Shown: positions 38,404 to 48,910, counted from the first letter of the stretch. The stretch is 64,000 bases of DNA from Herpetosiphon aurantiacus DSM 785 (GCA_000018565.1 CP000875.1:249199-313198); one strand, 5' to 3'. Program-made: numbers and translations. The notes: generated by a model not told the origin, from the sequence alone.

Positions 38404-39135
38404 TTATGCTTTGGATTTATGGCGCAACAACATACCACCAAGCGTAATCAGCCAAAATTGCCAAAGGCTGCCGCTGACCGTCAACATTGGCCCAGCACTA
38501 ATACCGTAGAGTTCGATTAGCGAAACCAACACACTGGCGGCGGCGATCAGCCCGCTATAGCCCAGCCAGCGCGGCAATGTTGTTTGGCGTAGAATCGTCA
38601 AGGCTACGCCCGCCGTCCATAAACCACCAAACAAGGCCACGCCAATTTGCTCGCCAACACCGCCAGCATAATTATTGAAACTAGTGTAAATCACTTCGAT
38701 GGTGGCGCGTAGGTTAGGATCGCTGGTGGCGCTATATTGTTCGGCAAGGGTTGGCATCATCAACAACCAGCGCCCAATCCCCAGCAATTTGGCAAAGCCT
38801 GCCAACATACCCAAGCCAGCCGTAACCCGCATCAAGGCGCTTTCGCTCGCCAGAATTTGCCATAGTAGCAAAGCGATCGGAATAAGCATAGTTGCCGAAA
38901 GGAAATAGGCCGTATAGCCGAGTGCAACTGCCGAGCGTTCTTGTAGAATCAAGGGCAACGATTGCGAAGCTGGATTATCGAGACTGGCAGGCCAATCGAT
39001 TGCGCTGCTGAGCACCAAAAAGGCAACTAGAAACACGCTAAATTGAGCGAAAAGTAATCCGGCTGCCCAGCGATAGGTGCTGGTCATGCTTCGTTCAGTT
39101 TGGTTGGTTGTAGGATAGGCTTTGGTGGCGATCAT
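38404..39135 (-). CDS. Polytopic membrane protein (DUF4386-like), translationally coupled to upstream MerR regulator
   Basis: The protein is hydrophobic and multi-TM. The ATG at 39135 has AAGGAA 5 nt upstream and lies 1 nt after the MerR stop. Confidence 0.45.
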   Translation of the reverse strand: MIATKAYPTTNQTERSMTSTYRWAAGLLFAQFSVFLVAFLVLSSAIDWPASLDNPASQSLPLILQERSAVALGYTAYFLSATMLIPIALLLWQILASESALMRVTAGLGMLAGFAKLLGIGRWLLMMPTLAEQYSATSDPNLRATIEVIYTSFNNYAGGVGEQIGVALFGGLWTAGVALTILRQTTLPRWLGYSGLIAAASVLVSLIELYGISAGPMLTVSGSLWQFWLITLGGMLLRHKSKA

Positions 39136-39136
39136 C

Positions 39137-40000
39137 TTAATTCCTTTCATTATCTCGTAGTTTGATTGGTAGTTGTAATTCAATTACCGCTGGCTCTTGA
39201 ATGCCGCCTTGAGCATTGTGGGCTGGCCCTGAACGATGAAATTCGCGCAGTGGCCCAATCATTTCGTAGTTGTGCAAGCCAACCCAGCCCAACAGCGCCA
39301 AAGCGGCGGCGTGAATTTCGCTAAAACTGCCTTCGAAAGCGAGGGTTGCGGCCAATTCGAGGCTAGGCAGGGTTTGAAACTTGATGTTGCTATCGGGCAA
39401 TTGAGCCATATTGTGCTCGGCCAAACTGACTGCTACTTCGACTCCAATATCGGTTTCGATAAACTCCTCGTTGTGATAGATCGTAATTTCTTGGGCAAGG
39501 ATTGGAATGCGCTGCTGTTGCACTTGTTGATACAGCGATGCATAAAGCCGATGACAGTAATAACCCATTTGATCAAGGCTTGGTACAATCGCTCGCATGC
39601 TGACAATCGGCTCAGCAGCGGTCGATTTGAGCATCATGGCATAGGGCCATGGCTCTTGTTCATGTTCAATTTGGGCCAAGCGAGCACTGACTTCGGCTAG
39701 TTGGGCTTGCTTTTTGGCCAGTTCAGCAGTTAAGCGGGCTTCTTGCAGGCGCAACATCCCACGCAGTTGATCAGCCGAAAGATCATCGTGGTTCAATAAT
39801 TCGCCGATTTGTTGGAGACTTAGCCCCAGGCCATTGAGTGCCACAATGCGATGCAGCCGTGGCAATTGCTCAACTGAGTAGTAACGATAGCCAGTCCATT
39901 GATCAATTTGGTTGGGAATGAGCAAGCCTAATTTGTCGTAATGGCGTAGCATCCGCACCGAAACTTGAGCCAAACGCGAAAATTCACCAATCTTGAACAT
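39137..40000 (-). CDS. MerR-family transcriptional regulator with C-terminal effector-binding (GyrI-like) domain
   Basis: The N-terminal HTH MFKIGEFSRLAQVSVRMLRHYDKLGLL is present. The start is taken at this Met, residue 24 of the track ORF. Confidence 0.75.
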   Translation of the reverse strand: MFKIGEFSRLAQVSVRMLRHYDKLGLLIPNQIDQWTGYRYYSVEQLPRLHRIVALNGLGLSLQQIGELLNHDDLSADQLRGMLRLQEARLTAELAKKQAQLAEVSARLAQIEHEQEPWPYAMMLKSTAAEPIVSMRAIVPSLDQMGYYCHRLYASLYQQVQQQRIPILAQEITIYHNEEFIETDIGVEVAVSLAEHNMAQLPDSNIKFQTLPSLELAATLAFEGSFSEIHAAALALLGWVGLHNYEMIGPLREFHRSGPAHNAQGGIQEPAVIELQLPIKLRDNERN

Positions 40001-40106
40001 AGCAACCATCCTTGTAAATCTGATGTCGTTGATGCTACACCCTATCACAGTGGCAGAGTCAAGCAGCAATTTTTAAAATAGATTTACAGTGTAAGGAGTT
40101 TGAATT

Positions 40107-40616
40107 ATGGCAATCACTATCGATCGGCTGGGGGTTGGCGACGAGGCGATTATTCAACAATTGGCTTTGGATGATGCGCTATTTGGGCTTGAACCTGAAA
40201 CTGATGAACCACTGACCGCGCTTGATGATCAAGCGGCACGCCAATTTTTGGCCAATCCAGCGGTGTTATATTGGGTCGCGCGTGAGGCTGAAATCATTAC
40301 GGGCTTTTTGTACTGTGTGGTTGTGCCGTTGCGCTCAGGCGAAGGTAGTGAGGTCTTGCTCTACGAAATTGGCGTGCATCACCACTGGCGGCGTAAAGGC
40401 ATCGGTCAAGCCCTCTTGCAAACAATGGAAGCATGGATGCGCGAACAGACGATAAGCGCGGTTTGGGTGCTAGCTGATAATCCTGAAGCCGCAAGTTTTT
40501 ATCAGGCCTGCGGCTTTGAGGTTGAGCATGAGCAACCCACATACTTGGTTAAGAACGTAAAGTCTGGGGAGCGGTTGTTGGGGAGCGGGGATCGGAATTT
40601 CACGCAGAATGAATAA
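40107..40616 (+). CDS. GNAT-family N-acetyltransferase
   Basis: The acetyl-CoA binding motif HHHWRRKGIGQALL is present. Confidence 0.7.
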   Translation: MAITIDRLGVGDEAIIQQLALDDALFGLEPETDEPLTALDDQAARQFLANPAVLYWVAREAEIITGFLYCVVVPLRSGEGSEVLLYEIGVHHHWRRKGIGQALLQTMEAWMREQTISAVWVLADNPEAASFYQACGFEVEHEQPTYLVKNVKSGERLLGSGDRNFTQNE

Positions 40617-40620
40617 TATT

Positions 40621-40676
40621 GGCCACGAAGAAACACAAAGAATAGTTCTTCGTGCTCTTCGTGGCCTTCGTGGATC
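40621..40676. repeat. Inverted pair of CACGAAG-type repeat units
   Basis: ggccacgaagaaacacaaag (40621-40640) and cttcgtgctcttcgtggccttcgtggatc (40648-40676) are seen directly. Confidence 0.6.
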
Positions 40677-40681
40677 AAAGC

Positions 40682-43534
40682 TTATTGCCTGCGGGCACGA
40701 TTTTTGGCGGCGCGGAGCCGTTCGAGTGGATCTTCGGCTTCATCAACGGCTTTGGTTGGATTGTTTGGTGTACTTGGTAATGGCGTAGTTGCTGGGTTTT
40801 CTTTGGGCTTAACTTCGCGCTCGCTCTTATCGCTGAACATTTGCTGGCGGGCACGCCCCTTGGCTCCCTGCAAACTGTTCATTGTGGCAGTTGGGGCGGC
40901 AGCAATCGTTTGGCGCTCTTTGCGAGCTGCTTGCAAGGCGGCAAAATCTTTGCGGCGCAAGTTGAGGCGGCGAATTGCGATATCAAGCAACAGCAACACC
41001 AAAGCTGCAAACAACAAGCCCAAATCAATAGGCGTAGCGCGGCGCACTGCATCCAGCGTATGATCAAACGCTTGCATTGGTTGGCTCAAGCTGCGGCCCG
41101 CAGTGGCTTTGGCCAAAGTGCTCAGCAATTCAGGGTTAGATTGGCCTTGGCGATATTCTGGCGAGTAGGGAACAATCAAGCCCAAGGTGCGGGCAAAGGC
41201 TGGCTTGCCGTTTGCATCATTGCCGATCACCTGAATCAAATAGGTGCCAGCAATTGGGCTAGCCACCCGTGCGCGATATTGGCCAGGCCCAACTTCAGCC
41301 AAGGTTGCATCAATCGCCTCGCCAGTTGGCCCGATCAAACGAGCATTGACGTTCATCGCAGTTTGTGGATTGCCCTTCTCGTCGTTGGCAACAATATCAA
41401 TTTGCACGTCGCTGCCAATTAACGAGGCCTCACCACTGACATTATCGTTGCTGATACGTGGCAAAAGCCAACCAACCAACTGCGCCGTGAAGCGTGGAAA
41501 TTCTTCCCATGTGACCCAGTTTGAGGCCCATTTGCCCTTGAGATCGCTCGTCCAAGCGATGCTCCGGCCAAGCCCATATTGCCATTGGGCCAAAATGGGA
41601 GAGCCATCGCTGGCAGTCAAAATAACTTGAGCGTTATCTTTTTCGACTGTGCCGTTATAGCCCAACAAGCTTGGCAAGCCTTCTTGCAAATCGGCCAGCA
41701 CCGGGCTATCGCCAGCATAAGCCGGGGTAAATTGTTCTTCAACGATATAAGTGCCAACCGCCTGAATCGTTTCTTGCAAGAAGATTTGCGGCACTTCTTC
41801 CATCACGCGGGCTGGATAATAACGTCCACCACCCAGCTCAGCATAGCGTTGCAAAGCGTTATCCGAGCCATTACCTGCTGCAACCACCGAGAGCGTAATG
41901 CCATCTTTGTTCATATTTTCGGCGATTGATCCGATATCGGTAGCATGGCCCCAACCATCGGTCAGCAAAATCGCATGTTTGATTTTAGCATCGCTCTGGC
42001 GCAATTGCTCATAGGCAGCGTTCATGCCACTAACCACGTTAGTTTGGCCGCTTGGTGGCACAGGAGCCAAAGCCGCGACAACATCATCTTGGCTGGGCAC
42101 TTTATCGAGTTCAATCGTCCAATGCGCCGAATCATCAAAGGTCACGACACCCAATTTATCGTCTTTGCCCAGCACCGCAGCGGCTTGAGCCACCGCTTCT
42201 TTGGCAATATCGATTTTGCGCGTGCCACCACCTTCACGCGCCGCCATATCGCCACCGTTACAGTGACAAGCATCCATACTGCCCGATTTGTCGATGATAA
42301 ACACCAAAGCAATATCAGGGCGTTGTTGGCGATTGCGCACATCCATATTGACGGGCAAGGCTTCTTCGATGGGGGTGGCCGTGTAGCCACCCACGCCAAA
42401 ACTTTGGCGACCGCCGATCATTGCCAAGCCACGCCCAAGGTCGCCAACATACGAGCGTAATAATTTTTGGGTATCTTGATCGATATCGCGCGACGGCACA
42501 TTCAGCAACAAGACTGCTTCATAATCGCTCAATGCTGCTAAATCGGTGGGCAAGCCAGTGGCTGGAACAACGACTGGTACAAGGTTGGCAGCTTCGAGTG
42601 CTGGCTTGAGCGCACTTGCATCGCCGACTTCGCCTTCAACCAGCAGCACCTTGGGCGGGCCACCAATTTGCACCAACGAAGCCGCCACATTATTTTGGGC
42701 ACGCGTATCGCTGGTTGGCACAACTTGGGCACTATAGCGATGGAAGCCTTGATCGTTGACAACGAGCGTTGTGGTAAAGCTACTCGTGCCAACTGGTAGA
42801 TTGATCGCTTCTTCCAGTACAATTTGCTCATCGGCTCGCCAGCGCAATTGGGCTGATTGGGCGGTATTACTTTCAATCGTGGCGATCAACTGAATTTCTT
42901 GGCCTGAACGGGCGGCTGATGGTGCCCGAAAGGCACTAATTGCCACTTCGGGGTTGCCTTGGCCAATGCCTGTTGGCACAATATCAATTGGCACATTGCG
43001 GCGTTGCGCCAGTGGGATCATCTCCAAGGCGCGGCCACTGTTCTCGCCACCATCAGAGAGCAACACCAAACGTTTTTGGGTATCGGCGGGAAACAGCGCC
43101 AAACCAAGCTGAATTGCTTCGCTAATATCGGTACGCGCAGCAATTGGCACCGATTGAATTGTGCCTAAGCGCTGAATTTCAGAGGGAACCCGCTCAACCA
43201 AAGCGTTTTCGCCAAACACCACGACGGCAGCTTTATCGCCTTCTTGCATGGTTTCGAGCGCTTGGGCAATAAATTGCTCGTTGTTAGAGCGTTGGCCCGG
43301 GGCAATTGAGTCGGAGCTATCGAGCAAAAATACCGTGGTTAGGTTTTGAACTGGTTGGCGTACTTGGGTTCCGGCAAGGCTGCCGATCAAACACAGCAGC
43401 AATAGCGTGCGTAAGCCCAAGGCCCACCAACGGCGTTGGCCTGTGCGACCACGGTTATTGAGCCAGCCCAACAGCCAGACCAGTGGCAGCGCCAGCAAAA
43501 ACCAGAGATATTCTGGTCGGACGAACGATAGCAT
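40682..43534 (-). CDS. Large membrane-anchored protein with two von Willebrand factor A domains (BatB-like)
   Basis: An N-terminal TM, two VWA MIDAS-containing segments (VFLLDSSDSIAP, VFIIDKSGSMD) and a C-terminal TM are present. It sits in a MoxR/DUF58 operon. Confidence 0.7.
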   Translation of the reverse strand: MLSFVRPEYLWFLLALPLVWLLGWLNNRGRTGQRRWWALGLRTLLLLCLIGSLAGTQVRQPVQNLTTVFLLDSSDSIAPGQRSNNEQFIAQALETMQEGDKAAVVVFGENALVERVPSEIQRLGTIQSVPIAARTDISEAIQLGLALFPADTQKRLVLLSDGGENSGRALEMIPLAQRRNVPIDIVPTGIGQGNPEVAISAFRAPSAARSGQEIQLIATIESNTAQSAQLRWRADEQIVLEEAINLPVGTSSFTTTLVVNDQGFHRYSAQVVPTSDTRAQNNVAASLVQIGGPPKVLLVEGEVGDASALKPALEAANLVPVVVPATGLPTDLAALSDYEAVLLLNVPSRDIDQDTQKLLRSYVGDLGRGLAMIGGRQSFGVGGYTATPIEEALPVNMDVRNRQQRPDIALVFIIDKSGSMDACHCNGGDMAAREGGGTRKIDIAKEAVAQAAAVLGKDDKLGVVTFDDSAHWTIELDKVPSQDDVVAALAPVPPSGQTNVVSGMNAAYEQLRQSDAKIKHAILLTDGWGHATDIGSIAENMNKDGITLSVVAAGNGSDNALQRYAELGGGRYYPARVMEEVPQIFLQETIQAVGTYIVEEQFTPAYAGDSPVLADLQEGLPSLLGYNGTVEKDNAQVILTASDGSPILAQWQYGLGRSIAWTSDLKGKWASNWVTWEEFPRFTAQLVGWLLPRISNDNVSGEASLIGSDVQIDIVANDEKGNPQTAMNVNARLIGPTGEAIDATLAEVGPGQYRARVASPIAGTYLIQVIGNDANGKPAFARTLGLIVPYSPEYRQGQSNPELLSTLAKATAGRSLSQPMQAFDHTLDAVRRATPIDLGLLFAALVLLLLDIAIRRLNLRRKDFAALQAARKERQTIAAAPTATMNSLQGAKGRARQQMFSDKSEREVKPKENPATTPLPSTPNNPTKAVDEAEDPLERLRAAKNRARRQ

Positions 43535-43676
43535 AACTTCATCCTAGCAAGGCCAAATGCCAATGGCATCGGGAACCTCTCCATGAACAGCTTGCGCCAG
43601 CAAACGCCGAACTGTTGAACGTTTCGATTTAGACTTCAACTGAATAGCATGAACGCTAAATCATCAGATTGGGTTC

Positions 43677-43757
43677 CCTCACCCCATTTTTCGTGTGAAA
43701 CCCTTGCGCTAAACTCCCCTCTCCCGCCGCAGTGGGAGAGGGGTTGGGGGTGAGGGA
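43677..43757. repeat. GC-rich nested-palindrome element, copy B
   Basis: ccctcacccc...cccctctcccgccgcagtgggagagggg...gggggtgaggg. It is preceded by TCATCAGATTG, as is copy C. Confidence 0.75.
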
Positions 43758-43762
43758 ATTCT

Positions 43763-45667
43763 TTATGCCGCGCTGCGCCGCGCATTCCACCACAGTTTGA
43801 GCCGTGTGAAGGCGCTGCGTTGAGCAAAAACCCATTCGATCAACACAAAAATTAATGCGGCCAAAGCTAACCAACGCCACCACTCTTCACGGCCTGCTTT
43901 GGCTTGGGTGGTTTCACTTGAGCCAACTTGACCACCACCAATTTGGGCAACATCGAGCACCTGAACTGGGGTGATTTTGGCTTCGCTTTCGCGATAGGCA
44001 TTGACCACGTAGCGCTGGGTTTTACTGACCACGCCATCGCGTAGCAATTCGACGCTGTAAATGCCAGCTTGGTTCATCAAACTGCCATCAAAACTAATCA
44101 AGCCATTGTTTGGCGTGGCTTCGTGGGTTTCGCCATCGGGCTGAATCAAGCGCACGCCGCTAATATCATTGGTTACTGCAAAGGCTAATTCTTGATCAGG
44201 CGGCAAAATCGCTGAATCGCCACCAGTGCCAGGTGCTAAATAGCCCACCAAATTGGCAATCAACAAGGGAAATGAAATATTCAACGGCAAATCGGAATCA
44301 TGGGTGTCGAAGCCGAGCACTGCAATTCGTCGCCCATCAACTTCGCCTGCAATTAGCAACGGGCCAGCCGCACTATCGATCACCGTATGCGCCCAAGGGG
44401 CATTTTCGATCCGTGCCGATTTCAAAATATTGACTTCGCCAAGCTCAACATTGCGCAACAATGGATCATCGGTTGGCGCTGGGCGGGGCACTGGTCGATC
44501 CAAACTTCCAGTCACTGAGAAATATTCGGTTGAGCGATAGGGCGCGATAAACAGCAAATTACCAGCGGGTAATGGCTCTGGTAAACTGGCATCGAGTACC
44601 GTCAACAAGGCTGTATCAGTAAAGGTGGCAGTTTCAGTCAGATAGGCGGAAACTTGTACCCGTGGCATCAATCCCAAGGCTGTAGCCAGAAAACGATTGC
44701 CTGGCGTGACAAAACGCACCGGAATTGCATCGCTTGATGGGCGAATTGCCCAAGCCACATCGTCGCTGGGCAGGCTATCACTCCCATCAAGTCGTGCCTC
44801 AACCGTGGTGGCGGTGGCTGGCACATCGATATTGACGGTTTGATCTTGGCCCGGCAAAATTTCGAGATCATAGGCATTGAACAAGGTGCCATCGAGGTTT
44901 ACCAACAAACGCCGTGTAACCCGCTCTTGGCCTTCGTTGGTAACGCGGGCAAAAAAGGTCAACGTGCCTGGCGCTAGTTCGTTCAAGGCAATTGCCGCGA
45001 TCGCTTGATTGTTGTTGCTCGTGCCAACTGGGAAATAGCGAATTTTGGCGGGCAAGGTGGCGCTCATTGGCACGGTTACCTGACCATCGGTCAAAATTGC
45101 CACTTCCGACTCTTCTTCGCGAGCCGCCAATGCCCCAGCCAAACTCAAGGCTTGCGACATATCCGAGCCGCCGCCCAAGCGCAATTCAATGCCTTCGATT
45201 GCATCGCGAATTTCACGGCGATCAGTGGTGGCAGCAGCCGGCACATCAAGCTCGCCGCCAATTGCCATAATTGTGGCGCGTGCGCCATCGGGCAACTGAT
45301 CGACCAAGCGAATTGCTTCAGCTTTAGCGGCCTCAAGCCGATTGGCGGCAACATCGGTTGCGCCCATCGAAGCCGAGCGATCGATAATTACAATGAGATT
45401 TTGCCCACTAACCCCAACGGTTGGACTGAACGGTCGGGCCAGTGCAAACGCCAAAAGCAGGGCAATGAGCAATTGCAGCCAGAGCAACCAATTATGGCGG
45501 AGGCGTTGCCACGGCGCGTTGGCCTCAACATCGCGAACCAATTGATTCCATAAAAAGGTTGACGAAACCGTGCGTTCCTCGCGGCGGAGGCGCAAGATGT
45601 ACATGGCCACAATTCCTGCGAGAACCGTGCCGCCTGCGATAAACATTAATGGTGCAATAAATCCCAT
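43763..45667 (-). CDS. BatA-like VWA-domain membrane protein
   Basis: A BatA-type N-terminus (two TM helices, LRLRREERTVSSTFLWNQL) and a VWA domain (LIVIIDRSASMGATD) are present. Confidence 0.7.
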   Translation of the reverse strand: MGFIAPLMFIAGGTVLAGIVAMYILRLRREERTVSSTFLWNQLVRDVEANAPWQRLRHNWLLWLQLLIALLLAFALARPFSPTVGVSGQNLIVIIDRSASMGATDVAANRLEAAKAEAIRLVDQLPDGARATIMAIGGELDVPAAATTDRREIRDAIEGIELRLGGGSDMSQALSLAGALAAREEESEVAILTDGQVTVPMSATLPAKIRYFPVGTSNNNQAIAAIALNELAPGTLTFFARVTNEGQERVTRRLLVNLDGTLFNAYDLEILPGQDQTVNIDVPATATTVEARLDGSDSLPSDDVAWAIRPSSDAIPVRFVTPGNRFLATALGLMPRVQVSAYLTETATFTDTALLTVLDASLPEPLPAGNLLFIAPYRSTEYFSVTGSLDRPVPRPAPTDDPLLRNVELGEVNILKSARIENAPWAHTVIDSAAGPLLIAGEVDGRRIAVLGFDTHDSDLPLNISFPLLIANLVGYLAPGTGGDSAILPPDQELAFAVTNDISGVRLIQPDGETHEATPNNGLISFDGSLMNQAGIYSVELLRDGVVSKTQRYVVNAYRESEAKITPVQVLDVAQIGGGQVGSSETTQAKAGREEWWRWLALAALIFVLIEWVFAQRSAFTRLKLWWNARRSAA

Positions 45668-45676
45668 ACAATCTAC

Positions 45677-46237
45677 TCACTCTGCTAGCTGTGCGTCAGC
45701 ATGATATTGGGCGAATTGTTGCAACGCTATCTGCTGATCGGCTGGCGATTTAAATGCTCGCTTGGGTATAACAACTACTCGATTGTTGTGAGTAACCAAA
45801 ATAATATGTTCGGCCTCATCTAAAATAGCCTGAATAAAGAGCCATTTAAATTCAACACTCGAAAATGCGTTTATTTGCTGCACATAGGTCGGATAAACTG
45901 TTAATCTGACTGGCGATTCAAAATTGGCTTTTTCAAGCTGATAACTTTTTTTGAAATAATCTAAAGTGAATTCGCGCATGTCGCGATTGGTATAAATTAC
46001 CCAAATTCCAATTAAGATTAAGCCGAATACAATCAACCATACTGATAGTCGATCGAATTGAAACAATGCAGCAACGAAAAATGCTAACATACCTATACCT
46101 AAAACATAGAGTAATAGCACATAATAGCGATTTAAATTAAGTGCTTCTTGATATTTTGGTATATGCTTAAAGATTGATAAATTAGCTTCCTGATAATCGT
46201 TAAAATTAAGTTGATAATTTAATTCAGTTGGTTGCAT
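45677..46237 (-). CDS. YcxB-like small membrane protein, AT-rich (about 35% GC)
   Basis: Two TM helices are followed by a soluble domain. Strongly AT-biased codons make it inconsistent with neighbouring genes. Confidence 0.45.
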   Translation of the reverse strand: MQPTELNYQLNFNDYQEANLSIFKHIPKYQEALNLNRYYVLLLYVLGIGMLAFFVAALFQFDRLSVWLIVFGLILIGIWVIYTNRDMREFTLDYFKKSYQLEKANFESPVRLTVYPTYVQQINAFSSVEFKWLFIQAILDEAEHIILVTHNNRVVVIPKRAFKSPADQQIALQQFAQYHADAQLAE

Positions 46238-46266
46238 CGAATAACTTTCAAGCTGAAATATATAAT

Positions 46267-47151
46267 TTAACGAACAATTTGCCGTTCGCGTAGCACTGAA
46301 ACCAGCAATGATTCCAAAGGCAAGCTGGTATCAACAAAAATATAGTTGATGCCACGAGTTGTACAAAAATGCTCAACTTCTTCGCGCCATGCCTGCAAAC
46401 GTTCAACATAACGCTGCAATAAATCGAGATCAGCGCTGACATCGAGCGATTCGCCACCCTCAACATCGAGCAATTTCAAATCGCCCTCGAATGGCGGGTT
46501 CAGCTCATCAGGCGAGAGCACATGCAGCACGGTAATTTCAAATGGGCGGCGGCCAAGCGTGCGCAAGGCTTCTTCCCAATCGGGCGTGAGCAAATCGCTG
46601 CATAACAACAATGGCCCAGCTACCCGCGCCGTTTGAATATAGCGGCGGCTGGCTTGCAACAAACTAGTATTGCCGTTGCCTTTGAGTCGATTCAGCAAAT
46701 TGAATAATGGCGGCACGCCTGCCCGCCCACGCCCTGCCGGAATCCGCTGCTCGTTGCCACCGCCAAAACTGGTGACTTGCGCCCGATCAAGGCTGGCTAA
46801 GGCGATATAGCCTAACGCGCCCGCTGCCTGAGCGGCATAGCGCAACTTGTTTGGCTCGCCCCAATCCATCGAAGCACTGGTATCGATCAGCAGGTGCAGG
46901 GTAATTTCTTCTTCGGCTACAAACAGCTTGAGAAAGAATTTCTCCAAACGCGCATATAAATTCCAGTCGATCTGGCGAAAATCATCGCCAGGCGTGTAGG
47001 GCTTGAAGTCGGCATATTCAACCGATGAGCCACGGCGGGGCGAACGGCGTTCGCCCTGCATCTGGCCAGCAATATTGCGGCGCGTCAGCAGCGCCAAACG
47101 ATCCAATTGTTTTAAGAATTGTGGTTCAAATAGCGCTGCTTGTTCGCTCAT
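46267..47151 (-). CDS. DUF58-domain protein (MoxR-associated)
   Basis: The DUF58 core GERRSPRRGSSVEYADFKPYTPGDDFRQIDWN is present. The start is taken at MSEQAALFEP, which has GGAGAT upstream. Confidence 0.75.
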   Translation of the reverse strand: MSEQAALFEPQFLKQLDRLALLTRRNIAGQMQGERRSPRRGSSVEYADFKPYTPGDDFRQIDWNLYARLEKFFLKLFVAEEEITLHLLIDTSASMDWGEPNKLRYAAQAAGALGYIALASLDRAQVTSFGGGNEQRIPAGRGRAGVPPLFNLLNRLKGNGNTSLLQASRRYIQTARVAGPLLLCSDLLTPDWEEALRTLGRRPFEITVLHVLSPDELNPPFEGDLKLLDVEGGESLDVSADLDLLQRYVERLQAWREEVEHFCTTRGINYIFVDTSLPLESLLVSVLRERQIVR

Positions 47152-47178
47152 TGCAACATCTCCACACTCAACCAACGA

Positions 47179-47904
47179 TTATTGATTTTGGTTTGCCAAG
47201 GCAATTGCGGCATCGAAACCTGCGAGTGGGTAAGCCCCAGGAATGATGTAGTTGCCGATAAAGAAGGCTGGCGTGCCAGTTGCTTGGGCGGCCACGGCTT
47301 CAGCAGTTTCAGCATTGACTTTGGCCAAAACTTCTGGGTCGGCTTGGCATTTGGCAAAGGCTGCCGTATCTAAATCCAATTCTTCGGCATACTTGAGCAT
47401 CACGGTTGGCGCGAGATTGGGATCAACGCCCCATTCGCTGGCCCGTACAAACAACATGTCGTACATTTCCCAGAACTTGTTTTGATCCATAGCGCAGAAG
47501 CTGGCAACTCCGGCGGCTGGTGCAGACGTATGGCTTTCCACAGCGATATAGTTGCGGAATACGTAACGAACCATGCCCGTATCAATATATTTGGCCTTCA
47601 GTTCAGGGAAAACCGACACATGATGGCGTTGGCAGAAGGGGCATTGGAAATCGCTATATTCAACAATTGTTACAGGCGCGTTAGGATCGCCCATTGAGCG
47701 TTGATCGTCAGCCGGAATTTGAGCTGGTTTTGCTAACGGAATAAATTCGCTGGCAATGCCCAACGGATCTTGGGTTGCTGGCGGAGCTGGGGTTGATGGC
47801 ACAATCGTTGGACGAATGCTGACTTGGCGGCTACTATCGGATGCGTAGCTACCGCAACTGGCCAGAGCAAGGGCTAACACGATTAGGGCAATACGGCGGG
47901 TCAT
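47179..47904 (-). CDS. DsbA-family thiol:disulfide oxidoreductase lipoprotein
   Basis: Lipobox LASCG and the thioredoxin active site FQCPFCQRHH are present. Confidence 0.7.
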   Translation of the reverse strand: MTRRIALIVLALALASCGSYASDSSRQVSIRPTIVPSTPAPPATQDPLGIASEFIPLAKPAQIPADDQRSMGDPNAPVTIVEYSDFQCPFCQRHHVSVFPELKAKYIDTGMVRYVFRNYIAVESHTSAPAAGVASFCAMDQNKFWEMYDMLFVRASEWGVDPNLAPTVMLKYAEELDLDTAAFAKCQADPEVLAKVNAETAEAVAAQATGTPAFFIGNYIIPGAYPLAGFDAAIALANQNQ

Positions 47905-48890
47905 GCTTCTTCCTTAATTGATTCCAAAATGCTATTGACAATACTTTCGCTGTTAACTCCCTCAGCTTGACCCTCAAACGACAAGATAATTCGGTGGCGC
48001 AGGGTTGGCGTGGCCATTTCGCGCAAATCGCGGAAGGCGACGTTGGTGCGGCCATCGAGTAAGGCCGCAATTTTGCCTGCCAAAATCAAAGCCTGCATCC
48101 CACGAGGGCTGGAGCCATAGCTCACATAGCGCTTAACTTGCTCGGGGGCAAGTGGGCTATCAGGGTGCGTTGCGCTGATAATTCGCGCAGCATAGCTCAA
48201 GACGTGGGTCGCCACTGGCACCGAACGCGCCATCTGTTGCAACTGAATCAAGGTAGCGCCATTAATCACCTTTTGTGGCTTCGCTTGATCAGTTCCTGTG
48301 GTGCGTTGCGCAATTTCTACTAACTCTTGCGGTGATGGAAACGGCACATTGATTTTGAAGAAGAAACGGTCGAGTTGTGCTTCAGGTAATGGATAGGTGC
48401 CTTCCATTTCAAGCGGGTTTTGGGTTGCTAGCACAAAGAATGGCTCTTCGAGCTTGTAACTGGTGCGGGCAACACTGACCGTATGTTCTTGCATGGCTTC
48501 GAGTAGCGCCGATTGGGTTTTGGGTGTAGCACGGTTAATTTCATCGGCTAGCACCAAGTTGGAGAAAATCGGCCCACGTTGGAAGCGAAACTCTTTTTGA
48601 CCTTGCTCATCTTCGGCGATAATCGTTGTGCCGATGATATCAGCAGGCATCAAGTCGGGGGTAAACTGAATTCGGCTAAATTGGCAATCGACCGCTTCGG
48701 AAAGCGTGCGAATCAAGGTTGTTTTGGCCAAACCTGGCACACCTTCAAGCAACGCATTACCACCAGCGATCAAGGTAATTAATGTTTGGCGGATCAAGGC
48801 GCGTTGCCCGACAATCACCTTGCCAATTTCAGCCTCAATGGCAGCAGCAGTGCGCCGGAACATTTCAGCATCGCGTTCAGTGTATTGCAT
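47901..48890 (-). CDS. MoxR-family AAA+ ATPase
   Basis: Walker A GVPGLAKTT, Walker B LADEINRA and the MoxR-type length of about 330 aa. Confidence 0.85.
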   Translation of the reverse strand: MQYTERDAEMFRRTAAAIEAEIGKVIVGQRALIRQTLITLIAGGNALLEGVPGLAKTTLIRTLSEAVDCQFSRIQFTPDLMPADIIGTTIIAEDEQGQKEFRFQRGPIFSNLVLADEINRATPKTQSALLEAMQEHTVSVARTSYKLEEPFFVLATQNPLEMEGTYPLPEAQLDRFFFKINVPFPSPQELVEIAQRTTGTDQAKPQKVINGATLIQLQQMARSVPVATHVLSYAARIISATHPDSPLAPEQVKRYVSYGSSPRGMQALILAGKIAALLDGRTNVAFRDLREMATPTLRHRIILSFEGQAEGVNSESIVNSILESIKEEA

Positions 48891-48910
48891 CCAAACTCCT
48901 TATCAACAAA

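Noticed and set aside
38148-38441. Track ORFs translating to ...PHPQPLAHCGGRGAFP... (also 43636..43827, 43656..43883, 56692..56913, 56867..57223, 63659..63940, 51736..51927)
   Set aside because: These ORFs are read-through translations of the GC-rich palindromic repeat elements. The same peptide-like strings recur wherever the repeat occurs, in both orientations, so they are not genes.
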